DNA from: a virus
DNA: 46,118 nt
IMG/VR virus record: IMGVR_UViG_3300028048_000013
Reading direction: 5' to 3' (one strand)
Shown here: positions 32,131 to 42,211 of the stretch, one piece after another
Layout: every line of letters starts with the position of its first letter
Position numbering within the stretch: position 1 is the first letter of the stretch
Made by a program: the position numbers and the translations under genes
The notes under the pieces: generated by a model
Told to the model about the DNA's origin: nothing
Seen by the model: the letters and a program-made list of their open reading frames with translations, nothing else
Database searches by the model: none

Positions 32131-33447
32131 ATGATACGATTGCAAGACATTCAAAACGCATTGTTGCCCGTCGTTGGTTGGCAACAGGATTACAACCCGG
32201 AAAATCAAATTGACGATGCGTTAACCCAATCGGAAAGCGGCTTGACGTTCCAAGGTGCGCACCCGCTTTGCACGTTGGCGAACGTCCGGGCGATTATGCC
32301 GGACGATTACTTGTACAAATATCCGGATTGGAACAACGCGACCGCATACGCGGCCGGGGCCAAGGTAAAAAACACCGGCAAAGTTTGGATTGCCAAAAAC
32401 GCCAATGCGGGTTCCGAACCGGCCGACGGAAATTCCGATTGGGACGAATACAATATGGTTTCCGATTTCGTGCGACAATTGACCATTAACGGAATCAATA
32501 CCGCCGTCCAAAATTTCATCCAAGAAAAGCAATTGCAACAGGAAACAAAGAATCTTTTGGAACATCGTACATTCTTCGACGGGGCCGCCCGGTTGGCCGC
32601 AACAATAGACCCGACCGGAAAGATTGTCGGTTTCGAAATCGTGCCGGTTCGGGCGATGGGCGTAACAACCAAAATCGAACGAATCGGGTTGCAAATGGTC
32701 GGCGCGACCGGAACGGTTCGGTTGTACCTGTTCCATTCGTCCCAAATTGCGCCGATGCGCGTTATTGACTTTGAATTTACCAACACCAAAGGCGGGTTCC
32801 AATGGTTTACCCCGGCCGAACCAATTTATTTGCCATACATACCGGGAACGGATGGCGACGGAAACGACGCGGGCGGCGCGTGGTTCCTTTGCTACAATCA
32901 AAACGAATTGCCCGCCGGTATGCGGGCGTTGAACGTTTCCAAGGATTGGTCCGTTGAACCGTGCCAAACGTGCCTTGGCGGTTCGATTGAATCTTGGCGG
33001 CAAATGACCAAGTATTTACAGGTTTCCCCGTTCGGGATTCACGCCCCGTTGGATTTCGCCGAATACCCGGAAATGTTCGATATTGGCCAAATCGGTTACA
33101 CGAACACGATGAATTACGGAATGAACGTCGAAATATCCGTTGGTTGCGACATTTCCGATTTCATCATTTCCCAACGGGCCATATTCGCAACGGTAATCCA
33201 AAAACAGGTCGCGGCAAACGTGTTGCGTACAATCGCAATGAATCCGGATGTTCGGGTTAACCGCAACCAAGTAAACGTCACGCGTGACGAACTGTTGTAT
33301 GAACTTGACGGCGCACCCACGGGCCGGGCGTCCGGGCTTGGGTATGAACTGAAACAGGCGTACCGGGCTTTGGAATTGGACACGCGGGGATTGGACCGCA
33401 TTTGTTTGCAATGCAACAACCACGGCGTGAAATACCGCACCGTTTAG
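32131..33447 (+). CDS. Structural protein with CBM5/12-like aromatic motif (438 aa)
   Basis: YAAGAKVKNTGKVWIAKNANAGSEPADGNSDWDEY resembles chitin/carbohydrate-binding module repeats. Confidence 0.7.
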   Translation: MIRLQDIQNALLPVVGWQQDYNPENQIDDALTQSESGLTFQGAHPLCTLANVRAIMPDDYLYKYPDWNNATAYAAGAKVKNTGKVWIAKNANAGSEPADGNSDWDEYNMVSDFVRQLTINGINTAVQNFIQEKQLQQETKNLLEHRTFFDGAARLAATIDPTGKIVGFEIVPVRAMGVTTKIERIGLQMVGATGTVRLYLFHSSQIAPMRVIDFEFTNTKGGFQWFTPAEPIYLPYIPGTDGDGNDAGGAWFLCYNQNELPAGMRALNVSKDWSVEPCQTCLGGSIESWRQMTKYLQVSPFGIHAPLDFAEYPEMFDIGQIGYTNTMNYGMNVEISVGCDISDFIISQRAIFATVIQKQVAANVLRTIAMNPDVRVNRNQVNVTRDELLYELDGAPTGRASGLGYELKQAYRALELDTRGLDRICLQCNNHGVKYRTV

Positions 33448-33576
33448 TTTGAACTAAACTTGTAAGTTAATTTTCCAAGAAATGGCGTATAACGGGCTTT
33501 CGCCGGAAAGATGATAAATTACCCGTCTTTTTGACGAAAGCCCCGGAAAACGCCCAAAAACGGCCAAAACGGGGAT

Positions 33577-34092
33577 ATGGGAATATTAAACGACTTGCGC
33601 ACCCGCGTTCAATCGGTAAACGACGGTATGGAAACCGGCGAATTGGTCCGTAACGTCATTGTCCAACATCCCGACGACATTTTGGATTTGCAAAAAATGC
33701 AATTGTTCCAAGGGTTGGCGGCCAACGGCCAAGATATACGGCCGTATTATTCGGAAGATTTGAAACCGTCCGGGTATTTTCATTCCGTCGAATCGGCGGG
33801 CCGGTACGCGGCTTGGAAAAAAGACGGTATCAATTACCCGTACAAAGCGAACAGGAACCCGGATGCGCCAAACCTGTATATCAACGGCCGCTTTCACGAC
33901 GAATTGGGCGTACAGTTTGCGGCCGATACCGTGGGAATCGTCCCGACAACGCCGTATTCGGCCGGGATTATGGCGAAATACGGAATTACGACGTTCGGTT
34001 TGATGATGGCAAATTGGATGGTCGTATTTGTCCAACGCGGCGCATACGCCGAATTGATGCAACAATTAAAACAACGTCTTTATGTCTATTAA
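33577..34092 (+). CDS. Hypothetical head-tail joining or tail protein (171 aa)
   Basis: Track ORF; position only. Confidence 0.7.
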   Translation: MGILNDLRTRVQSVNDGMETGELVRNVIVQHPDDILDLQKMQLFQGLAANGQDIRPYYSEDLKPSGYFHSVESAGRYAAWKKDGINYPYKANRNPDAPNLYINGRFHDELGVQFAADTVGIVPTTPYSAGIMAKYGITTFGLMMANWMVVFVQRGAYAELMQQLKQRLYVY

Positions 34093-34672
34093 CGCACCCG
34101 TTATCCAAAACCCGGTTATGTTGGACCGGGTTATTGGGGAAATACAAACCGGATTGGTCGAAAATTTGCCGTGGTTGGACGTGGCCTTTGGCCGGTCCCA
34201 ACGTCTTACAAAGATGTTGAACGGAAAACGGATTATTACGCCGAACGTCTATTGCGGCGGATGGAACGGCCACGGCGATAACGATTACATCGAAACGTCC
34301 CCGGATTCCAAGATTGGCAATTTTTCGTTCTTCGAAATTGAGGACCCGCAAACCATTGACGCCGGGCCGTGGGCGCGTCAAATCAAAGCCCCGTTCGGCC
34401 TTATCGTTTGGTTCGACTTGACGCGGGTTTACAACGAACCGGCCAACAGGAATACCGAATACATCAAAGCCCAAATCTTGCGCGTGTTGAACGGCCGGGC
34501 CGGTTGGCATTTAACCGGCGGGCGTATCGTCTTGAACAGGATATACGAACGCGCCGAAAACATTTACCGCGGTTATACGCTTTCCGAAATTGACAACCAA
34601 TTTTTGATGCACCCGTTTGCCGGATTCCGGTTCGATGGGCTTTTGGAATTTGACGAATTATGTTTGGAATAA
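34082..34672 (+). CDS. Hypothetical tail protein; major tail (tube) protein by synteny only
   Basis: 196 aa, upstream of the chaperone-like gene and the tape measure. Confidence 0.7.
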   Translation: MSINAPVIQNPVMLDRVIGEIQTGLVENLPWLDVAFGRSQRLTKMLNGKRIITPNVYCGGWNGHGDNDYIETSPDSKIGNFSFFEIEDPQTIDAGPWARQIKAPFGLIVWFDLTRVYNEPANRNTEYIKAQILRVLNGRAGWHLTGGRIVLNRIYERAENIYRGYTLSEIDNQFLMHPFAGFRFDGLLEFDELCLE

Positions 34673-34929
34673 TCGAATTTGTGTGTTGGGTCGCGGTCGT
34701 TGCTTTGGCGGCCGCGTTCCTGTTGGGGCTTGCCGTCAAATGGCATTGGTTGGAATGGTTACAAATCCACGCGCCCAACGATTTTTTCGGACAACTGTTC
34801 AATTGTAAATTCTGTTGTTCGTGGTGGGTTTCCGTCGTTATTTCGTTACCTTTGTGCGTGGCAACGGGCCAATGGTGGTTGTTGGCCGTGCCGGTTTGTT
34901 CAACAGTAATTGCCCGGGAATTATGGTAA
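34660..34929 (+). CDS. Small integral membrane protein (DUF1360-like)
   Basis: Three hydrophobic helices and FNCKFCCSWW. Confidence 0.6.
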   Translation: MFGIIEFVCWVAVVALAAAFLLGLAVKWHWLEWLQIHAPNDFFGQLFNCKFCCSWWVSVVISLPLCVATGQWWLLAVPVCSTVIARELW

Positions 34930-35708
34930 CGGTCAAGATAGGAAAACACACGGTCGAAATGTACGACACAATCGAAGAATTGCCGATTGTGCGTTTTCAT
35001 AAATACCAAAAGTTGTTGTTGATTGATGCGGGAATTGGGGCCGATATTACGGCGTTCGACCAACGCATTGAGAAAACGCGCCGGTTTCTTATGGATGGCA
35101 AGACCGAAAAGGCGCAACAGGAATTGGAAAATTTGCGCCAAGCGGTTTTCCTAATCCAAACGGAAATCAACCCGAAACATCGGGCGTTCGCCGCATTGGT
35201 CACGAAGATTGACGGCCGGGATTGCAACGACCTTTCCGACGTGGCGTTGACGGATTTGTTGAACACTTTGCAAGATGCGCCCGAAAAGGAATTGACCGCC
35301 CAATTGGATGCGGTCAAAAAAAAAATTGACGCGGAATTAAGGTTGTATTTCCCGGGCATATTCGCCGATTCCGAAATTAAAGAATATTACGACCTTTTGA
35401 AGAAACGGACATTGGCGGTTTTGGCGAACATCATTGCGGGCGTAAACAACCCGGATGCAACGCCGGAAATCGAAAAGTTGACCACGGCGTTAATAACGTA
35501 TTCCAATCCGAAATCGTTTGCCGGTTCGGATGGCGTGGAAATTCAGTTTGACCGCCAATTTGAAAACCTTTGTTTGGTTTTGTCAGAACAATTGCACGTC
35601 AAACCCAAGGATTATTCCGTTTTTGAATTTTACAACGCGTTCGATTTTGTCAAGGAAAGGGCGAAACAGGCCGAAAAGGCCCAAAAACGGGCCAAATCCG
35701 GGCGTTAA
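34923..35708 (+). CDS. Tail assembly chaperone candidate (261 aa)
   Basis: ATGGTAA overlap; immediately upstream of the tape measure; acidic helical protein. Confidence 0.65.
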   Translation: MVTVKIGKHTVEMYDTIEELPIVRFHKYQKLLLIDAGIGADITAFDQRIEKTRRFLMDGKTEKAQQELENLRQAVFLIQTEINPKHRAFAALVTKIDGRDCNDLSDVALTDLLNTLQDAPEKELTAQLDAVKKKIDAELRLYFPGIFADSEIKEYYDLLKKRTLAVLANIIAGVNNPDATPEIEKLTTALITYSNPKSFAGSDGVEIQFDRQFENLCLVLSEQLHVKPKDYSVFEFYNAFDFVKERAKQAEKAQKRAKSGR

Positions 35709-35780
35709 GGCGAAAAGACATACAATTTACCATCCAAGGAAAGAAACGCCGTTATACGGCATTTTTAACGAAAATAAGTT

Positions 35781-38700
35781 ATGGACAACCCGAACCCAAT
35801 TTATTACCGCGATTTAATTACGCCGGACAATTCAATTACCAATTTGATTGCCCAATTGGATGAATTGATACAAAAGTACGAATCCGCCAAAAGCAAGATT
35901 CAAGGCGCGGCGGCGGAAGCGGCAAAGAGTATGGGCAATTTATCCGGGGCGACGGAAGAACAACGGCAACAAATTTCGATGTTAACGGCGGAATCCTACA
36001 AATTGGCCGCCGCATACAAGAAAAGCAACGACGCCGAAAGTGAAACGTACCGCCGCCGTCAACAGGTTATCGCGGCCGTCAAGGAACAACAACGGATTGA
36101 CAAATTGGTTGTTGAATTGAACAATTCCAAAGTGGGTTCTTATAACAGGTTGTCGGCCCAATACCGTTTGAACAAAATTCGTCTTAACGAAATGTCGGCG
36201 GAAGAACGGAAAGGAACGGAAGCCGGGCGACAACTTGAAACCGAAACGCGGTTGATTTATGAGGAAATGAGCCGGTTGCAACAGGCGACCGGAAAATACA
36301 CGTTGGAAGTTGGCCATTATCAAAACGCATTAAAGGCGTTGCCCGGACCCATCAACCAAGTTGTCACGGGCTTTTCCAATATGCGTTCCCAATTGCACAC
36401 AATCGGGTCGTCCAACTTGCCGTTGGCCGCCAAGGCGATGCAAGGTTTTTCGACGGTTATGTTTGGAACAATCGGTATTCTTATGTCGTTTGTTCGTTAC
36501 TTGACCGGCGCGGCGCAAACGATGCGTGAATTTGAACAGGCAAACGCCAATTTGTCCACGATTTTGGGAACGTCCCGGGATGGGATGAAAGCGTTAACCG
36601 ATTCGGCGTTGTCGTTGGGCCGAACAACTGAATACACGGCCCGCCAAGTTACCGAATTGCAAACCGAATTGGCAAAACTTGGTTTTGGTCAAGGTTCTAT
36701 TATTGCGATGCAAAAACCGGTTTTGCAATTCGCAACGGCCGTCGGGGCGAATCTTGCCGACGCGGCCGCCGTGGCCGGTTCGACCTTGCGGGCGTTCAAT
36801 CTTCGAAGCGCGGAAACGGAAGAAACGCTTGCAACGTTGGCCGTCGCAACCAACAAATCCGCATTGTCGTTTGACCGCATCCAAACGTCCATCGGTACGG
36901 TATTCCCCGTTGCAAATGCGTTCGGTTTGACGGTTAAGGACACGACCGCGTTGTTGGGCGCATTGGCCAACGCCGGTTTCGATGCGTCAAGCGCGGCAAC
37001 CGCAACCCGTAACATCATTTTGAATTTAGCCGATGCCAACAGAAAGTTGGCCAAAGCGATGGGCGGACCGGCAAAGACGTTCGACGAAATCATTGATGGG
37101 TTGATTTCTTTACGCAAGGCCGGAACGGATTTGAACGAAGCGTTGGAATTGACCGACAAACGAAGCGTTGCGGCCTTTTCGGCCCTGTTGTCCGGTGCTG
37201 AATCCGCCCGGGAATTGCGGCAATCTTTGGAAGATGTTAACGGGGAATTGGACCGCATTTCGGAAGAACGTTTGAATACGGTTGAGGGTTCGACCAAATT
37301 GTTGCAATCGGCGTGGGAAGGATTAACACTTGCGTTCCAAAATTCAAACGGTGCGATAAAAGATACGATTGATTGGTTAACGCGGTTGGTGCAAGCCACG
37401 CAACGCGCGTTGTTCCCGGAATCCACGTTTATTTCGGAATCGGCGGACAAATATACAAAGCAATTCCAAGATTATTACGCAAAGAATGGCGCGGAAGCGG
37501 CAACGGCATTCATTGACAATTTCGAAAAGAGTTACCAAAAGATGGCCGATAAATATACGGACGATGCCGAACGCGACCCGATTATTAACCGATGGTTTGG
37601 AATTGGAAAAAATCAAAGAGGTTCAAAGGTTGCACAATCCACGTTGCAAGCCATTGAACAGGCTCGTGGCGTTGTTCTTTCTCAAATCGAAAATGATACA
37701 CGGGAACGTGAACAACAGGCGTTGAGGGCGGCCGAATTGGCCGAACAACAGGCGAACCAAAAGAAACAAGAATCGGACTCCGCCGCCAAAAAGGCGGTCG
37801 AAGCGGCAAAGAAACAACGCATTGCCGACCGCAGGGCCGTTATCGAATCAATTGATTTGGAAATTGCCATAACGGAAGCCGGTACGGATAAGATGTTGCA
37901 ATTGCGTCAAGATAGAATCGAAGCGCAACGGCAATTGGAATTGGAACAGAACCGGCAAAAAACCGAGTCCGAACGACAAGATGAAGCCGCCATTAACGCC
38001 AAATATGACAAACAACGGTTGGATGCCGTCAAGGCGTTTAATTCTGAAATAGACAAGTTAAAAGTCCAACGTTTGCAAGCCGAACAACAGGCAATACAGT
38101 TGGAAATTTCGATAACGGAAGATGGGACGGAACGGATGTTGGAATTGCGGTTGGCCAACATCGAAAAACAACGTGAAATCGAAATTGCGCAAAACCGCCA
38201 AAAGGATGAAAAGGTACGCCAAGCGGAAACGGCCATTAACGCCAAATACGATGCGTTGCGTTTGAGGGAATCGGCCGATTTCAACAATAAGTTGGCACAA
38301 CGCGATTTGGCGGCCGCGCAAGACTTGGCCCAAGCGGAATTTGATTTGATGGACCGGAACGAACGCCAAAAAACGTTGTTCCGGTTGCAACAGGAAAAGG
38401 CCCGGTTGGAAGCCATTTTGAAATTGAATGAAACGGCCACAAAGAAAATGACGGCCGACGAAATCGCCGCCGTTAAAGCGACAATCGCAGGTATTGAAAA
38501 GGAATCCAAGCGGTTAGGTTATAACAATCTTTACGAATTGTTGGGTATCGGGTTGGATTCTGAACAACAACGGGCATTGAACACGGCGATTGATTCCGTT
38601 AAAGATTCAATCGGTTCGTTGGTTGATTCTTGGAACGCGGCGGCGGAAGCGGCCGTTAATGCGGCCAACGCGCAAGTAGAAGCCGCACAACGCACGTTGG

Positions 38701-39410
38701 ATGCGGAAATTGAAGCCCGAAACGCCGGTTATGCCAATTCGGTTGAAACGGCGCAAAAGGAATTGGAATTGGCGCGAAAAAACCAAGAACAAGCATTGCG
38801 GGAACAACAGAAAGCGCAACGGGCGCAATTGGCCGCCGATTCCATCGAACAGGCGTCAAGCCTTACCACGGCATCGGCAAATATTTGGAAGGCGTTGTCC
38901 GGGATTAACGTAATTGGGCCGGGCCTTGCTGTTGCGGCAATTGCGACTATGTGGGCGTCGTTTGCCGCCGCGAAAATAAGGGCCGTTCAAGTGTCTAAAC
39001 AAAACACCGAGCAATACGGCGAAGGAACGGTTGAACTGTTACAGGGCGGAAGCCACGCAAGCGGCCACGACATTGATTTGGGGACGAAGAAAGACGGAAC
39101 CCGGCGACGTGCAGAGGGTGGCGAATTTTTCGCCGTTATTAACAAGCGAAATTCCCGCCGATTCCGCGACGTTATCCCGGACGTTATCAATTCGTTTAAC
39201 GATGGCACATTTGCGGACCGTTACCAACGCGCAAACGCCGCGATGGCCGGTTATGCGGTGCAATTGATTGGCGGCGGGAAAACGGACGTTTCCGGCCTTG
39301 AAAAAGACGTGGCCGCAATCCGTCAACAGGGCGACGAAACCCGGTATGTGGATGGTCAAGGAAACACGATTATTCGGTACAAGAATTTAACCCGTAAAAT
39401 CAAGTCGTAA
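35781..39410 (+). CDS. Tape measure protein (1209 aa)
   Basis: Length, extensive coiled coil, and hydrophobic segments GTIGILMSFVRYLTGAA and GPGLAVAAIATMWASFAAA. Confidence 0.85.
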   Translation: MDNPNPIYYRDLITPDNSITNLIAQLDELIQKYESAKSKIQGAAAEAAKSMGNLSGATEEQRQQISMLTAESYKLAAAYKKSNDAESETYRRRQQVIAAVKEQQRIDKLVVELNNSKVGSYNRLSAQYRLNKIRLNEMSAEERKGTEAGRQLETETRLIYEEMSRLQQATGKYTLEVGHYQNALKALPGPINQVVTGFSNMRSQLHTIGSSNLPLAAKAMQGFSTVMFGTIGILMSFVRYLTGAAQTMREFEQANANLSTILGTSRDGMKALTDSALSLGRTTEYTARQVTELQTELAKLGFGQGSIIAMQKPVLQFATAVGANLADAAAVAGSTLRAFNLRSAETEETLATLAVATNKSALSFDRIQTSIGTVFPVANAFGLTVKDTTALLGALANAGFDASSAATATRNIILNLADANRKLAKAMGGPAKTFDEIIDGLISLRKAGTDLNEALELTDKRSVAAFSALLSGAESARELRQSLEDVNGELDRISEERLNTVEGSTKLLQSAWEGLTLAFQNSNGAIKDTIDWLTRLVQATQRALFPESTFISESADKYTKQFQDYYAKNGAEAATAFIDNFEKSYQKMADKYTDDAERDPIINRWFGIGKNQRGSKVAQSTLQAIEQARGVVLSQIENDTREREQQALRAAELAEQQANQKKQESDSAAKKAVEAAKKQRIADRRAVIESIDLEIAITEAGTDKMLQLRQDRIEAQRQLELEQNRQKTESERQDEAAINAKYDKQRLDAVKAFNSEIDKLKVQRLQAEQQAIQLEISITEDGTERMLELRLANIEKQREIEIAQNRQKDEKVRQAETAINAKYDALRLRESADFNNKLAQRDLAAAQDLAQAEFDLMDRNERQKTLFRLQQEKARLEAILKLNETATKKMTADEIAAVKATIAGIEKESKRLGYNNLYELLGIGLDSEQQRALNTAIDSVKDSIGSLVDSWNAAAEAAVNAANAQVEAAQRTLDAEIEARNAGYANSVETAQKELELARKNQEQALREQQKAQRAQLAADSIEQASSLTTASANIWKALSGINVIGPGLAVAAIATMWASFAAAKIRAVQVSKQNTEQYGEGTVELLQGGSHASGHDIDLGTKKDGTRRRAEGGEFFAVINKRNSRRFRDVIPDVINSFNDGTFADRYQRANAAMAGYAVQLIGGGKTDVSGLEKDVAAIRQQGDETRYVDGQGNTIIRYKNLTRKIKS
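37857..38342 (+). repeat. Tandem duplication inside the tape measure gene (2 x 243 nt = 2 x 81 aa)
   Basis: TTGGAAATT..ATAACGGAAG at 37857 and 38100; GCCATTAACGCCAAATA at 37989 and 38232; both pairs are offset by 243 nt. Confidence 0.8.
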
Positions 39411-42211
39411 TGAATCCTATTTACAAATTTGATATTAACCGCACGACGGTTAACTTGTTTAATCCAAAAGTTGTTTTTGTCGAAAAGCAACTTGACACGG
39501 GAACGGGCGAATTGACAAATGCGTTGGCGTATGATTCATCGGATTTCATAGCCGTTCAACCTAATAGGAATTATCATTTTCTTTTGAATGATAACACGGT
39601 TGTTCCGTCAAGTAAAGTTCTTGTTTGTGCATATAAGACAAACAAAGAATTTATAAGTTACATTTCTTATTCCACGTTGCAATTTTCGACCCCGGCCAAT
39701 TGTGGATTTGTGCGGTTTTCTTTTTATAACGAAAATTATGGCGGATATTTACCGGCACAAATAGGGCTATTCCGGTCCAACATTTCGTCTTTTTCCAACT
39801 ACATAACGACAATTGCATACCCCGTTTATAAAGATGATTTAACGAAGGATTTTGAAAAGGAGTCGAATCAAGAATTTTTCCGGGCCAAGTTGTCCGGGAA
39901 ACTTTCTTTTGTCGGCCCGGATTACGATTGGATTGTCGCACAGGCATTCGATTTTCAGTTCGTTTTAATTCTGTCTATATCTTATGACGCGGGGGAAACA
40001 TGGACCGAATATTGGCGCGGAAATTTTTGGAAAACCGATTGCGACTTTGACGACGATGCAAAAACGGTTACAGTTACCCCGACCGTCATGGACAAATACA
40101 ATGCGGTTTTGGCCGGTTTGGAAAAAGAATATAACCTAATTGAGTTGGCCCCGGAAATCGTGCCCGTAAAGGCAGACAAACGGCCGATGGTGCAAGTTTA
40201 TGTTCCGGGCCAATCCGTTATTGGTTGTTTTCTTTCCGGAATGTGGTGGGAACAAGAATGCGAGCCAATTTTTTCGGAAACGGATTTGGTCAAGGCAGGT
40301 GATGGCGAGTTGAACTTCGCAAAAAATAAGACAACGCGCATTATTGAATTGACAAGCGGCGCATCTTCTGATGTCCCGACATTTTCCAAGTTTGACAACC
40401 CAAGCGATAATGTTTATGGGACATATTCATTAAACAACGGATATAGACTTGAAATATTCGATATTACAGAGTCGCCCGACAATCCGATGGTTCGCATTCT
40501 TTTGACGAAAGAGGGCGTCAGTTATTCTTGGCTTCGTGATATGTCGGCGGTAAATTTCGGGCTGCCAATTGATATTGAATTGAATCCTATGGATGGTGCG
40601 CCATATACGATGTCGTTATATATGCACGATTTCAATGTTTATGCGCGGTATCTTTTGGATGTGGATACTATTATAGGCGTTCCAACGTTCGCCATATCAA
40701 AAGATAATGATATTGTTCCGAACAATCGCAATTATAATCGCGTTGTTCGATGCGATTCGGAAGATATTATCTATTTCTCAACGGAGTTCAGTAGCACCCC
40801 GACGCAGTGGGGCATTCGTCAACCGGGCGAGTATTATATGCCGCCGGCATCTATTTATGGCCAAGAGTTTTTCCCGGTTTCTCGGAGCGGGTGGGGAAAT
40901 ATGTCTGTATGGTTCACGCAATCGGTCGTGTATTGGCTTTGGGAAGAAGCGGGGCGGGCACCATTCACGATTCGTCACGCGTACCCGCTATATTCGGTCA
41001 TATCTGTATTACTGGCGCAAATCGCGCCCGGAATAACACACGATGGAACCACGGATTATTCGCAATTTTTGTATGGCGAAAATCTGATTGGGATAACGCA
41101 AACATTGTTGATTACTCCAAAATCAAACATCGTTTCAGCCGGTTATGACCAACCGGCACAGAAAGCACCAATTACGTTAAAGAACGTTTTGGATATGTTG
41201 CGCGATTGTTTCCGTTGTTATTGGTTCATTGACGACCAAAACCGATTCCGTGTTGAGCATATCCAATATTTCCGTAATGGCGGTTCGTATTCCGGTTCGC
41301 CTGTTGTGGGTATTGACTTGACGACACAAAAAGTTTCACGCAACGGGAAAGAATGGGCGTTTGCACGGAATCAATACAAGTTTGATAAACCCGAAATGGC
41401 GGCACGGTATCAATTTGGTTGGATGGACGATGTAACCCAATTGTTTGAGGGATACCCGATTGATATTGTTTCAAAGTACGTCAATCCGGACAATATCGAA
41501 CAAATTGGTGTGTCAAACTTTACGTCCGATATTGATTATATTTTATTGAATCCGAGCGAAATATCAAAGGATGGTTTCGTTTTATTGGCGGCGGTTGAAG
41601 CGAACGAATTAACGGAAGAATATACGAATACATTTGGTTCAACGGGCGTTATTACGTATAAAAGAGAGGTTCCAAATACTTGGTTGGGAAAACTTGCGAA
41701 AATAAATTATTATCTTTCAAATGGGAGTTGTAAAATTAGAATTTTTCGGCAAACGGGGCAATTTATCGAATCGGATACAATGTCGGGTTCGGGAAATATT
41801 ACAATACAAGTTCCAAGCGATGCGACGATGTTTTTTTTCATTAATGGAACAGAGGGCGCAACGATAACATTATATTCGTTATATGCTGAAAATTTGGGAT
41901 TGCCATATATTAATTTCAATTTTAATGAAACGGACCATATATTACAAAATGCGTATGTCGCATTTATATATTTACAACGATATTACGCATTTGATATGCC
42001 CGCGCCGTTGTATTCAATCAATGGCGAACAAATGGTGGCGCAAGGAATCAAGAAATTAAAGACACAAACATTAAGATTCCCGGTTTTGAACGACCCGGAT
42101 TTGGTGCAATTGGTCAAAACGAATTTGGGAAACGGAACAATCGAAAAATTGTCCGTAAATTTGTCATCAAGAAACGCAAACGTAACGTTGAAATATGATA
42201 CCGAACAATAA
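39410..42211 (+). CDS. Large distal tail / baseplate protein (933 aa)
   Basis: TAATG overlap with the tape measure stop; contains modules similar to those in the fibre. Confidence 0.8.
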   Translation: MNPIYKFDINRTTVNLFNPKVVFVEKQLDTGTGELTNALAYDSSDFIAVQPNRNYHFLLNDNTVVPSSKVLVCAYKTNKEFISYISYSTLQFSTPANCGFVRFSFYNENYGGYLPAQIGLFRSNISSFSNYITTIAYPVYKDDLTKDFEKESNQEFFRAKLSGKLSFVGPDYDWIVAQAFDFQFVLILSISYDAGETWTEYWRGNFWKTDCDFDDDAKTVTVTPTVMDKYNAVLAGLEKEYNLIELAPEIVPVKADKRPMVQVYVPGQSVIGCFLSGMWWEQECEPIFSETDLVKAGDGELNFAKNKTTRIIELTSGASSDVPTFSKFDNPSDNVYGTYSLNNGYRLEIFDITESPDNPMVRILLTKEGVSYSWLRDMSAVNFGLPIDIELNPMDGAPYTMSLYMHDFNVYARYLLDVDTIIGVPTFAISKDNDIVPNNRNYNRVVRCDSEDIIYFSTEFSSTPTQWGIRQPGEYYMPPASIYGQEFFPVSRSGWGNMSVWFTQSVVYWLWEEAGRAPFTIRHAYPLYSVISVLLAQIAPGITHDGTTDYSQFLYGENLIGITQTLLITPKSNIVSAGYDQPAQKAPITLKNVLDMLRDCFRCYWFIDDQNRFRVEHIQYFRNGGSYSGSPVVGIDLTTQKVSRNGKEWAFARNQYKFDKPEMAARYQFGWMDDVTQLFEGYPIDIVSKYVNPDNIEQIGVSNFTSDIDYILLNPSEISKDGFVLLAAVEANELTEEYTNTFGSTGVITYKREVPNTWLGKLAKINYYLSNGSCKIRIFRQTGQFIESDTMSGSGNITIQVPSDATMFFFINGTEGATITLYSLYAENLGLPYINFNFNETDHILQNAYVAFIYLQRYYAFDMPAPLYSINGEQMVAQGIKKLKTQTLRFPVLNDPDLVQLVKTNLGNGTIEKLSVNLSSRNANVTLKYDTEQ

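Noticed and set aside
33494-33543. 9-bp long-range stem GGGCTTTCG/CGAAAGCCC in the 33448..33576 gap
   Set aside because: It has a 32-nt loop, no U-tract, no second copy and no covariation evidence. That is too weak to call.
35316-35325. A10 homopolymer inside the chaperone-like gene, considered as a G/GT-type programmed frameshift site
   Set aside because: Neither alternative frame downstream gives a substantial extension reaching the tape measure. The only overlapping ORF (35518..35817) looks like junk and starts 200 nt later. It may still be a slippage or sequencing-error hotspot.
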